Shown: positions 27,604-37,308 of the stretch, piece after piece
Position numbering within the stretch: the stretch's first letter is position 1
How the letters are laid out: every line of letters begins with the position of its first letter
Assembly (NCBI GenBank): GCA_965208575.1
Contig: CBDBOV010000006.1
Span: 960,001-1,024,000 of the forward strand
Source: Spirochaetia bacterium
GTDB taxonomy: Bacteria > Spirochaetota > Spirochaetia > SZUA-6 > Bin103
Length of the DNA stretch: 64,000 nt
Direction: 5' to 3'
Translations under genes and position numbers: made by a program
The notes under the pieces: generated by a model
Seen by the model: the letters and a program-made list of their open reading frames with translations, nothing else
Databases searched by the model: none
Told to the model about the DNA's origin: nothing

Positions 27604-28992
27604 TCAGGCGGCCTCCGGGACAAGCTCATAACCGAGTGCGTGTGCCTGCCTTCGGAGCCGGCGTTCAAAGCGGCGCCGGTCCTGGCGCTCCTCGGCGGCG
27701 AGGATGCTGTCATCGTAGGCCACGCGATGCGTGATCAGATGGTAGATGATCCGAGCCAGTTTATGCGCGACTGCAGTGGTCGCTTCGGGAGTACCCAGAC
27801 GCGCCCGCATGCGGCGGAAGTGCTGGCCCAGGGCCGATGGGCTGCGGTACAACGACTGGGTCGCCCAGTGCAGCGCCTGGGCGGCCCGATTGGTGCCCCG
27901 ACCGGTGTGCGAGCTGATGATCTTGCCGCCGGTGATCTGGTTGTGGGGGCACAGGTGCAGCCAGGAGGCGAATTGCGGTGCGGTCGGAAAGCGGGACAGT
28001 TCCGGGCCGAGTTCGGTGAACAGAACCAGCGCCGTACTTTCGCCGATGCCGGGAATCAGCGTCAGGTCAGTGCCGAACAGGTGCGTAAGGTGGCCGCGCA
28101 GGTCGAACCGCTTGGCCGGTGACTCGGTTGGCGCCTCGGGCTCCGCATCGATTCCCTCATCCGGTGGGTCGTCGCCCACCGCGCCGGGTGGCTCGCTGCT
28201 GGCTTCGAACGCGCGGATGCCGGCTTCGATTTCCTGATCGCACTCCGTGATGAGTTGTTGGTAGTGGGCATAGGTCGCTCGCGCGTGCCGCAACGCCAAC
28301 AGGTGCTCGGCGCGCCAGTCGCCCTGCAGCGCCTTGATCAAGGTCTCGCGGCTGGCTTTGATCCGCCGGTCGGCCAGAGCGGCCAACCGCGCCGGATCCC
28401 GCTCACCCGCCAGGATAGCGTCCGTAATGGCCAGACCGGTCGTCCCCGTCAGGTCAGAGATGGCATGGTGCAGATGCACGTTCATCTGGCTGTACGCCTT
28501 CTGCATGTGCAACACGCTGCGCGACGCCATCTTGATCAAGGTGTCGCGATGGCGCAGCACCGAGCGCAGTGCACACACCTCGTCGGCAGGGCGGAATGAG
28601 CCGCGCAGCAATCCCACCGAGTGCAGGTAGCGCAACCACTCGCAGTCGGCCACGTCGGACTTCCGACCGGGTACCGAGTGCACGTGACGCGCATTCACCA
28701 GCACCACGTCGAAGCCGTGTGCCTCCAGGATCTGATACACCGGAATCCAGTACACACCGGTGGACTCCATCGCCACCGTGGTGACCTCGCATTCCTTGAG
28801 CCAGTCGGCCAAGGCGTGCAGGTCCGCGGTGAACGTAGCAAAGTTCCGGATCGGGTCCGGGTCGCGCTCCGGGCGCACAGCCGCGTACACCTCGGTAGCG
28901 CCTATGTCCAAGCCGGCAGCGTCCGGGTGCATCACCTTTGGTTGCGCTGTGCGACTGCCCTTGCCCTTGCGTCTGTGTCTGCGTCGTGCCAT
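27604..28992 (-). CDS. IS110 family DEDD recombinase/transposase
   Basis: AGLDIG, VAMESTGVYW, VLVNA, RKSDVADC, IPGIG, LCP...ITGG, AVAHKL; GGAGG RBS. Confidence 0.93.
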   Translation of the reverse strand: MARRRHRRKGKGSRTAQPKVMHPDAAGLDIGATEVYAAVRPERDPDPIRNFATFTADLHALADWLKECEVTTVAMESTGVYWIPVYQILEAHGFDVVLVNARHVHSVPGRKSDVADCEWLRYLHSVGLLRGSFRPADEVCALRSVLRHRDTLIKMASRSVLHMQKAYSQMNVHLHHAISDLTGTTGLAITDAILAGERDPARLAALADRRIKASRETLIKALQGDWRAEHLLALRHARATYAHYQQLITECDQEIEAGIRAFEASSEPPGAVGDDPPDEGIDAEPEAPTESPAKRFDLRGHLTHLFGTDLTLIPGIGESTALVLFTELGPELSRFPTAPQFASWLHLCPHNQITGGKIISSHTGRGTNRAAQALHWATQSLYRSPSALGQHFRRMRARLGTPEATTAVAHKLARIIYHLITHRVAYDDSILAAEERQDRRRFERRLRRQAHALGYELVPEAA

Positions 28993-28994
28993 GA

Positions 28995-29200
28995 AACCTC
29001 CGCTACGACTGAGTGGTGCGGCCAAGGCGTGTGTAGCAGGTATTCTCCTGAACGGGATGATCGCCACCCGGCCGCGCCGGCTGACAACCTCACCAATGAC
29101 TACGCCACCCGCCCCGGGGCCAAGCTCTTGAACGGGTTCGCAGAACGTAACGCCAGTGACGCGCCGGCCTACTTTCGCGCTCCACCCAGAACTCTGCCCA
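28995..29200 (-). ncRNA. Putative IS110 bridge RNA
   Basis: CCCGT-TCAAGAGCTT matches the target; CCCGT-TCAGGAG matches the donor junction; TATAGT -10 at 29202-29207. Confidence 0.6.
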
Positions 29201-30077
29201 CACTATAGCTCACCCTTGTTTCTTTCATGACTGCGCCGGCCCAGGGGCCGGTGGGATAGCTCTTGAGCATATGCTGGGATTGGACGTGCCTGCCCACGTG
29301 CAGTATGGACGCTGGATAGGAGGTATTTTCCTCCACGGTACCCTTGGCAAATCACTGGTTGGCGGTGGCGCGGTGGGGGATAAGATAATAGATAGACTGC
29401 CGGTAACCATTGAGCTTGGTGTCCTGGCAATCGTAATCGGCCTCTTGATAGCCCTGCCAGTCGGCATCTACTCGGCGATTCGCCAGGACACGGCTGCCGA
29501 CTACGCGGGGCGCTCCATCGCCATCATCGGCCTGGCAACGCCCAACTTCTGGCTGGGAATCATGGTCATGATATACCCGGCAATCTGGTGGGGCTGGTCG
29601 CCACCGATGGAAGTGATTCCTTTCACCGAAGACCCGCTGGGGAATCTCGGGGTGTTCCTCATTCCCAGCCTGATTCTGGGCACGGCCATGGCTGCAGGCG
29701 CAATGCGGATGACGCGCACCATGATGCTGGAGGTGCTCAGGCAGGACTATATCAGGACCGCCTGGGCCAAGGGTCTCAATGAGAGGGTAGTTATTATCAG
29801 ACACACCGTTAAGAATGCCCTCATCCCGGTAGTTTCCCTGATCGGCCTGCAGTTGCCTGTCCTGGTGGGCGGCGCCGTGATCATGGAGAACATATTCAAC
29901 CTGCCGGGGCTCGGTCGTCTCATGCTGGTTGCCCTCACTGACAGAGACTACCCGTTGGTCTCCGGAGTAAACCTGTTTTTTGCTGCGGGGGTTATGGGGT
30001 TCAACCTAATAATCGACCTGATCTATCCTTATTTGGACCCCAGGGTCCGTTACAAATAACGGCGGGAAGTCGACAAC

Positions 30078-31010
30078 ATGAGCGACGTCAAAGGGATACC
30101 ACCAGCATCAAGTGAGAAAAAGAGACGAACCGGGGCGGCCTATTTCTTTGTCAGGCTGGCCACGGAGAAGCCACTGGGTGCCGCCAGCGGGATTGTCGTA
30201 TTGATACTGATTCTTGTCGCTATCTTTGCCGATATTCTGGCCCCTTATCCATATGATGAGATACACTTAGCGGACATATTGCAGGGCTCATCGGCCCAGT
30301 ATCTGCTGGGTACCGACTACGTGGGGCGAGACTTCTTGAGCCGCATCATCTACGGGGCTCGCCTTTCATTAACTGTCGGTCTGGCAGCGACCGCTGTTAA
30401 TGTTGTGGTCGCTGTCCTGGTAGGCGGAACTTCAGGATTCCTGGGTGGTAAATTCGACCTGACGGTGCAGAGATTTGTCGATGCCTGGATGGCTTTCCCG
30501 GGCCTGCTCCTGTTGTTAACCATCATGTCCATAGCGGGACGGGGTCTGTTACAGATAATACTGGTCCTGGGGATCGCCGGTGGCATCGGCGGCTCAAGAG
30601 TACTTCGAGGCGCCGTAATTGATATCAGGGAGAATGACTATTTTCAGGCGGCGGAGTCGATTGGCAGCTCAAAATGGAGAACACTTATCCGCCATGTCCT
30701 GCCTAATATTGCGGCTCCCATAATCGTCATATTCAGCATCAACATAGGAGGGGTGATCATATCCGAGGCTTCTCTGAGCTTCCTCGGATTCGGTCTGCCA
30801 GCCAAGATTCCTAGCTGGGGAGGTATGCTCAGCCGCGAAGGACGTCAGTACATGGAGATGGCCCCATGGCTGGCTCTCTGGCCCGGCCTTGCTCTGACTA
30901 TTACGGTCTACTGTCTCAACATGCTCGGCGACGCGGTGCGGGATCTGCTCGACCCGCGGTTGCGCGGCGGTGGTGGTCGCCTCGGTGCCGATGCCGCCGG
31001 GTCGGTCTAA
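30078..31010 (+). CDS. dppC: ABC permease DppC family, cassette 4
   Basis: LLGTDYVGRD, RHVLPN, GDAVRDLLDPR. Confidence 0.92.
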   Translation: MSDVKGIPPASSEKKRRTGAAYFFVRLATEKPLGAASGIVVLILILVAIFADILAPYPYDEIHLADILQGSSAQYLLGTDYVGRDFLSRIIYGARLSLTVGLAATAVNVVVAVLVGGTSGFLGGKFDLTVQRFVDAWMAFPGLLLLLTIMSIAGRGLLQIILVLGIAGGIGGSRVLRGAVIDIRENDYFQAAESIGSSKWRTLIRHVLPNIAAPIIVIFSINIGGVIISEASLSFLGFGLPAKIPSWGGMLSREGRQYMEMAPWLALWPGLALTITVYCLNMLGDAVRDLLDPRLRGGGGRLGADAAGSV

Positions 31011-31025
31011 GGAGTAGGCGCGCCG

Positions 31026-31050
31026 TCCTTCCCCCGCCGGCAGAATAGCA
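31026..31050. repeat. 25-bp direct repeat, right copy
   Basis: Identical to 24459-24483. Confidence 0.9.
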
Positions 31051-31062
31051 GATCGGCGGCGG

Positions 31063-32208
31063 TCAGCGCTTGTAGGGGTCGGCGGCGTCGCGCAGGCCGT
31101 CGCCGATGAAGTTGAATGCCATCACGGTCACGATCACGAACAACGCGGGAATCAGCAGCCACGGGAAGATGGCGACGCTGCGAAAGTTCATGGCGCGCTG
31201 CAACAGCACGCCCCAGCTCACCGCCGGCGGGCGCAAGCCGAGCCCGAGGAAGCTGAGCGCCGTCTCGGCGAGGATCATGTCCGGTATCGCCAGCGTGAGG
31301 TGCACGATCAGGTAGCTGCCGAACGACGGCAGCAGGTGACGGCGAATGATGGTCATCTGCTTCGCGCCGGCGATCCGTGCCGCCATGGTGAAGTCGTGCT
31401 CGCGCAGCTCCAGCAGCTTGCCGCGCACTGCTCTCGCCAGGCCGCCCCACCCCACCAGCGACAGAATGACCACGATGGCAAAGTAGATCTGGAAGATATT
31501 CCAGTCGCGCGGCAGCGCGGCCGCCAGCGCCATCCACAACGGGATCGTGGGGATCGAGATCAGGAACTCGATGACGCGTTGAATGAACATGTCCACGCGC
31601 CCGCCGTAGTATCCCGACAGGCCGCCGAGGATCGAGCCGATCACGAACGACAGCGACACGCCGACCAGGCCCATCGACAGCGAAATCCGCGCGGCGCAGA
31701 TGGTGCGCGTGTAGATGTCGCGGCCCAGCTTGTCGGTGCCGAACAGGAACAGCCGCCCGGGCGCCTCGACGCTGAACAGGCGCACCCGGCTCGGGAACAG
31801 GCCGAGCACGCGGTACTCCACTGCACCGCGGGCAAAGAAGCGAATCGGATAGCGCACCATCGTGTCCTCGCCGTACAGCGGCTGAAAGGTCTCGGGGTCC
31901 TGGGTCATCGTCACCCCGTACACGAACGGGCGGGCGAGCCTGCCCTCGTGCACCACGCGCACGCGCGACGGAGGATGATGGTTGGTATCCGAGAACACGT
32001 CCTCGACGTCGTAGGGCGTGAAGAACTCGCAGAAGATCGCCGTGAAGTAGAGCGCGGCGAGCACCATCCCCCCGATCACCGCCAGGTGATGTCGCCGGAA
32101 GCTGCGCCAGATCAACTGCCACTGGGACGCGAGATAGTAGCGCTCGTCGACCTTCCCCTCGGCCACCTTTGCCTCCGGCACCCTTGTCTCTGCCACTGCG
32201 CCCCTCAT
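31063..32208 (-). CDS. dppC: ABC permease DppC family (long type), cassette 5
   Basis: ASQWQLIW, FGTDKLGRD, RHLLPS, ETALSFLGLG, GDGLRDAADPY. Confidence 0.9.
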   Translation of the reverse strand: MRGAVAETRVPEAKVAEGKVDERYYLASQWQLIWRSFRRHHLAVIGGMVLAALYFTAIFCEFFTPYDVEDVFSDTNHHPPSRVRVVHEGRLARPFVYGVTMTQDPETFQPLYGEDTMVRYPIRFFARGAVEYRVLGLFPSRVRLFSVEAPGRLFLFGTDKLGRDIYTRTICAARISLSMGLVGVSLSFVIGSILGGLSGYYGGRVDMFIQRVIEFLISIPTIPLWMALAAALPRDWNIFQIYFAIVVILSLVGWGGLARAVRGKLLELREHDFTMAARIAGAKQMTIIRRHLLPSFGSYLIVHLTLAIPDMILAETALSFLGLGLRPPAVSWGVLLQRAMNFRSVAIFPWLLIPALFVIVTVMAFNFIGDGLRDAADPYKR

Positions 32209-33203
32209 GCGGACTGCGCGCTGAAGCGTATGCGCGGGTCGACGATGGTGAGCAGGATGTCGGAGATGAAAGTGCCGACCACGGTCAGGAAGTTCAGGAA
32301 CAACACCAGCGCGGCGGCCAGGAACATGTCCTCGTTCATCAGGGCGCTGAACAGCAGCGGCCCCACCGTCGGCAGTCCCAGCACCAGGGAGGTGATGGTC
32401 TCGCCGGAGACGATCACCGGCAGCAGCCAGCCGACCGTGCTGATCATCGGATTCACCGCCACCCGCACCGGGTACTTGAACAGCACGCGGCCCTCTCCGA
32501 CGCCCTTGGCGCGCGCGGTCACCACGTACTGCTTGCCGAGTTCGTCCAGGAGCTGCGCCCGCATCACGCGAATCAGCCCCGCGGTGCCGGCGGTACCCAC
32601 GATGATCACGGGCAGCGGCAGGTGGCTCATCAGGTCCAGGAACTTGCCGATACTCCATCCCGCGCGCAGGTACTCGGGAGAGAACAGCCCGCCGACGCCG
32701 ACGCCGATGCCGAGTTGCAGGGCGAAAAACATCAGGATGATCGCCAGCAGGAAGTTGGGGGTCGCCAGCCCGATGAAGCCGATCGACATGAACAGGTAGT
32801 CGCTGAACCGGTACTGGTGGGTGGCGGAGTAGATGCCGATCGGGATCGCCATCAGGTAGGTGAACGCCAGGGTACACAGGGAGATGGTGACGGTCAGGGC
32901 GAGGCGCTCGCCGACCACGTCGCTGACCGGCTTGTTAAGCATGAAGGAGTGGCCGAACTCGCCGCGCACCAGGTTGAAGAACCACTTCAGGTACTGGACG
33001 TGGACCGGGCGATCGAGCCCGTAGCGGCGGCGCAGGTTGTCGAGCAGTTGCTGGTCCACGTCCTCCCCGCTGCTGGCCAGGCGAAGGGCTACCGTGGTCA
33101 CGTAGTCGCCGCGCGGCAACTGGATGATCACGAACGACACCACCGTCAGCACCCACAGCAGCAGCAACATGTAGAGCACGCGGCGCAGCAGGTAACCGGT
33201 CAT
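32205..33203 (-). CDS. dppB: ABC permease DppB family, cassette 5
   Basis: YLLRRV, IIQLPRGD, YVVTARAKG, DPRIR. Confidence 0.9.
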   Translation of the reverse strand: MTGYLLRRVLYMLLLLWVLTVVSFVIIQLPRGDYVTTVALRLASSGEDVDQQLLDNLRRRYGLDRPVHVQYLKWFFNLVRGEFGHSFMLNKPVSDVVGERLALTVTISLCTLAFTYLMAIPIGIYSATHQYRFSDYLFMSIGFIGLATPNFLLAIILMFFALQLGIGVGVGGLFSPEYLRAGWSIGKFLDLMSHLPLPVIIVGTAGTAGLIRVMRAQLLDELGKQYVVTARAKGVGEGRVLFKYPVRVAVNPMISTVGWLLPVIVSGETITSLVLGLPTVGPLLFSALMNEDMFLAAALVLFLNFLTVVGTFISDILLTIVDPRIRFSAQSA

Positions 33204-33353
33204 CGGCTCTCAGGATGCGGGGAGGGCCGGCCTCGCGGCCGGGCCCCCTCTGAAATCACGCCCTCCGGCTAGAGTGATCAGGGGCACCTGTCGGCGCGCG
33301 CCCCGGGAGGCGCGCACCTGGCGCCTGAGCTACTGCCAAAGCAATTGCGCAAG

Positions 33354-35401
33354 CTACTGCTTGATGTAGAGCGTGTCGTACAGGTACCCATCGGAGAAGC
33401 CGAGACCGGTGAAGCCGCCCTCGGCGTACATGTTGCCGATGCGGTTGTTGACGATCACCACCCGCGGCGGCGGCGTGACCGTGCCGATGTAGTACAGCCC
33501 CTCCACGTTGCGGGTGATCAGCTCGTTGGCCAGCTCGGCGTAGCGCGCCGTACCCTTCTGCTCCTTCAGCCACTGCTCCGACAGGTCGAACAGCGCCTTG
33601 ATCTCATCCGGCGGCTCTTCCCCCTCCTTGCCGCCGGTGAAGTGCCACTGCGCCCACGGGTAGGAAGACTGCGGACAGCAGTGATACCAGTGCCACGGCG
33701 GCCGCAGGCGAATCGGGTAGCGGGAGTGACCGAGCACCTCGCCGCCGCCGTCCGAGGACCAGAAGCCGGCGTCCAGCTCGTTCGCCTCGCCCAGCTCCTT
33801 CCACAACGCATAGGCGATCGCCTTGGGCTCGAAGCCGATACCGAGTGCGGTCCAGTAGCGCGCCAGCAGCGTCATCAGGTCGTCGAAGTAGGGCAGGTAG
33901 TCGAGCGCCGGATGGGTGCCGTCGATCACCAGCGGCTTGCCGTCCGGGCGCATCCGCTTGCCGTCGTCGCCGCGCGTCAGCCCCATCTCGTCCAGGAGCT
34001 CGTTGGCGCGGTCGGGGTCGTGCTCCGCGTAATAGGTCGCCATCCAGTCTTCGAACCCGGTCCAGGTGCTCGATGCCGGCGAGTTGAACGGCTTCGAGCG
34101 TCCGAAGAACAGCGTCTTGCTGACCTCCTCGCGGTCGATCGCCAGCGACATCGCCTGGCGGAACCGGATGTCGTTGAAGATCTCGCGCAGCACCGGGTCC
34201 TTGTGCGTGTAGTTGAAGGCAACGCCGCCGGCGAACGAGCTCGCGGTGTCATCCCACAGGTACACCCGGTAGTCGCCGGAATCCTCGTTCTGCTTGTACA
34301 CCGGGAAGTCGGCCAGCTCGGTAAACAGCAACTGCACATCGATCTCGCCGGCCATCGCCAGCGCCGGGATGTTCTCGTCCGGCTTGGTGAATTTGGAGCG
34401 CTGCACGCCGTTGATGTACGGAAGCTGATTTCCGGCCGTGTCGATCTTCCAGTAGAACGGGTTGCGTTCCCAGTACTGGACGCCGGGGCTGTCATCCTTG
34501 AGCACGTAGGGGTCGGTAACCGGCACGTCGGTGTAGCTGTAGGCAACCGGCAGCGAGCCGGTATGGCCGCGGTCCGAGTGGTGGGCGGCGAATGCCTCGT
34601 ACCACTCTTCGAAGCCCTCCTCCTTGGCCAGCGCGCCGGCGTCGGAGTTGTAGCGGATGTGCCACTGCTGCAGGTAGTGCTGCGGGGCCAGCGGGCGCGA
34701 CTGCGCCCACGACTCGGTGGCCGCCAGGAACGGCTCGGCAAACGTGTACCGGACCGTGTGCTGGTCGATCTTCTGTGCCTGCATCAGCTCGCCACCGGGG
34801 GTATAGCGGCCGCGCGGCTCCGGCGTGAACCCGCTCACAACCTCGTCGGCCAGGATGGCTTCGTAGAGAACAGGTAGTCGTCGGCATCGGCATCCTCGCC
34901 GTCCGACCACTTCATGCCGCGGCGGAGCTGCAGGGTGAGCACCGTGGCGTCCGCGGACAGCTCCCAGCCGCGCACCAGGTTGGGAATGAACACGGATCCG
35001 TCGGGCGGCCACTTCGCCACCGCCTGCTGCAGGTCCTCGACGAATTCGCCCGGTTCGAACTCCGGACCCGCGGCATTGATCACGCCGCCGTACTGGCCGA
35101 TCTCGTTGAGCGGGCGCACCACCTGGGCATCCTGCGGGATGCGCTCCTCGACCGGCGGAAGCTGCCCCTCGGCCACCAGCGCCGCCAGCATCGGTGCCTC
35201 GCCGAACTGGGTAATGGCGTTCCCGGTCGCCGCCTCGTAGTCCGCCGGGGACGCAAAGATGTGATCCACGTACGGCTCGCCGATCACCGCCGTGCCGGCC
35301 ATCAGCGCTCCCTGCGCCGCCGCCGACTCCTCCGTACCTGCCGCCAGCGCCGGCATCGCCGCCAGCACCAGAGTCACGATTGCCGCCAATGCTCGACCCA
35401 T
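33354..35401 (-). pseudogene. ABC family-5 SBP with a single frameshift near 34866 (or assembly error)
   Basis: N-part (EAPMLA..LPPVEERIP..GMKWSDG..DDYLF) and C-part (YEAILA..RNPFYWKIDTAGNQLPYI..RFRQAMS) are in different frames; TTC TC TAC lacks one base. Confidence 0.8.
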
Positions 35402-35598
35402 GTCGTCTCCTCCTCGCATCCGCATCCGGATGCTCGTCCTGTGGTTCGGTGCGGGCGGCTCGACTAATCCCGGTTTCAAGCGCGTGCGTTCACCATCATT
35501 ACCGCGCGGTCACCTGCTAATCTCCCGAATCTAACACGGAACCGTTGGTCTGGGTAGCTCGCCGGGAGCGCGGAATCCGGGTCACGGTGGCGGCGGCC

Positions 35599-36711
35599 TC
35601 AGTTCAGGGGGCGCAGGAGGGGAGTGTCGGGCAGGTCGGTGTGCAGGCGGGCGAATGCGTCGGCGCCGTTGCGGGTGAGGGCGGCCGGGTCGGCGAGCGG
35701 CAGGTCGACGCGCACCTGTTCCAGGCTCGACCAGCAGGCGGCGGCCAGCACCTCGAACCCGGTGTAGGCGTGTTCGACGTTGCAGGGGTGGTCCGCCAGC
35801 GAGCCGTCCAGCCAGTCGGCGATCTGGCCGGCGTAGCCCTGCTGAATGCGCGGCGACTCCCATTCCCAGCCGGCGACCGGGTTCTCCTTCGAGTACGCCG
35901 GGTTGGCTCCGCGCTTCCACTCGCCTCCGGTGGCACGGCTCTGCGTGGCCCAGATGCCGGTGTTTTCCGCCCACGCCGTGCCCTCGGTGCCGCGCACCGT
36001 GACCCGGTTCACCTGCCAGGCGTCGCCGGAGTCGTAGCGCGGCGCCACCCCGCCGTACTCGCCGAGGCCGTAGATGCCGCCGGCCAACTCCAGCCGCACC
36101 AGGCACAGGTCGGGCGACGGGTGCACGTCCTGCAGTTGCGTGCGGCCATGCACGTGGCCCACCACCCATTGCGGCTGCGCGAAGCCGCTCGCCCACAGCA
36201 GGTAGTGGGTATAGTGGGTGCCGCGGTCCATCAGGTTGCCGCTGGTGGTGGCGTGGATCTCGGTCACCTGCCCGACGCCGCCGGCGTCCAGCACCCGCTT
36301 CAGTTGCTGAAACGAGCTGGTATAGACGTGCTGCTGGCACACCGTCGCCTTGATGCCGGCGCCGCGGCACAACTCGACCATACGGTGCGCCTCTGCCAGC
36401 GACAGGGCCATCGGTTTCTCGAACGCCATGCCCTTCACGCCGTGTCTGGCGGCCAACTCCACCATCGGCAGCCGTACGTCGGGCCGGGTGACGAAGCAGA
36501 ACAGGTCGGGCTCGGTCTCCGCGAGCATGCGGTCGGCATCGCGGTACTGCGGCACGTTGAGCCCGAATCTGTCGGCCACGGAGCGCATGAGCGCCTCGTC
36601 CAACTCGCACAGGGCCACGATCTCGAACCGCTCCGATTGCGCCAGCCAGCCCGCGATGTGCCTCCAGCCGCGGTTCCCGCAGCCCGCCTGCGCCACCCGT
36701 ATCTTCGCCAT
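35599..36711 (-). CDS. Gfo/Idh/MocA family oxidoreductase
   Basis: AGCGNRG, FEKPMA, DRGTH. Confidence 0.85.
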   Translation of the reverse strand: MAKIRVAQAGCGNRGWRHIAGWLAQSERFEIVALCELDEALMRSVADRFGLNVPQYRDADRMLAETEPDLFCFVTRPDVRLPMVELAARHGVKGMAFEKPMALSLAEAHRMVELCRGAGIKATVCQQHVYTSSFQQLKRVLDAGGVGQVTEIHATTSGNLMDRGTHYTHYLLWASGFAQPQWVVGHVHGRTQLQDVHPSPDLCLVRLELAGGIYGLGEYGGVAPRYDSGDAWQVNRVTVRGTEGTAWAENTGIWATQSRATGGEWKRGANPAYSKENPVAGWEWESPRIQQGYAGQIADWLDGSLADHPCNVEHAYTGFEVLAAACWSSLEQVRVDLPLADPAALTRNGADAFARLHTDLPDTPLLRPLN

Positions 36712-36737
36712 CGTCTGCTACTGCTCCGGTACGATGC

Positions 36738-37091
36738 TCAGATCGTGCTCTGTTCGGCTTGGCCAACCGAGTCGTTCGAGTCGTGCAGGTATGCGCCAAC
36801 GTGCCTTCCAACGGTCGGAGGTGGAAGGGGCCTGTTGTCCTTGCGGAAGGTCTCCAACCACTCGTCAACGATTTCGCACAGACTGCTGAACACCTCGACT
36901 TCATCGTCGCCGTGGCAGCAGGGCCCAATGACCCCGGGACAATACCCGATGTAGCTCTGGTCTTCTTCCGACCACTCGACGATCTTGACGTACTGTGCAC
37001 TGGCCCGCGGACGTTCGCCGGCAGGCGACGCCGGTACCTCAGCAGACGTCGTCTTTCGTGTGGCAGGGCTGCCGTGACGGCTCCTGGTCAT
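36738..37091 (-). CDS. hicB: HicB-like antitoxin
   Basis: IVEWSEEDQSYIGYCP..CHGDDEVE..LPPP; overlaps hicA. Confidence 0.8.
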   Translation of the reverse strand: MTRSRHGSPATRKTTSAEVPASPAGERPRASAQYVKIVEWSEEDQSYIGYCPGVIGPCCHGDDEVEVFSSLCEIVDEWLETFRKDNRPLPPPTVGRHVGAYLHDSNDSVGQAEQSTI

Positions 37092-37282
37092 CGTTGAGAC
37101 TCCTCGATCCTTCTTTTGACTTCCTTCTCCTGATACGGCTTGGCATCATCACCAAGTTTCCCCGAGATAGTAACGTGAATGCCCTTGGGATGCTCGTAGT
37201 TTCTGTGGCTGCCCTTCCCGCCTCGATTGACGAATCCTTCCCGCTCCAGATCTCGTATCAGCGCCCTAACCTGTCGCGGCAC
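37088..37282 (-). CDS. hicA: HicA family toxin
   Basis: LEREGF..GKGSHRNYEHP, DAKPYQ. Confidence 0.85.
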   Translation of the reverse strand: MPRQVRALIRDLEREGFVNRGGKGSHRNYEHPKGIHVTISGKLGDDAKPYQEKEVKRRIEESQR

Positions 37283-37308
37283 GACCGGTCGCAGTCAGCC
37301 AAGCCGGC

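Larger units (their letters stand above)
27585..29262 (-). mobile_element. IS110-family insertion sequence (~1.67 kb, long left non-coding end, no terminal IRs)
   Basis: Junctions GAAGCTC|CTGAGAAAC and GGATAGCTC|TTGAGCAT share AGCTC; one transposase gene. Confidence 0.9.
27433..30059 (+). pseudogene. dppB: dppB interrupted by IS110 (5' part 27433-27589, 3' part 29263-30059)
   Basis: MRAYIIRRLL...VDREA | LEHMLGLDVP...; removing the IS restores the frame. Confidence 0.9.

Noticed and set aside
27588-27612. IS110 circle-junction promoter
   Set aside because: No convincing -35/-10 pair at 17-nt spacing across the reconstructed junction
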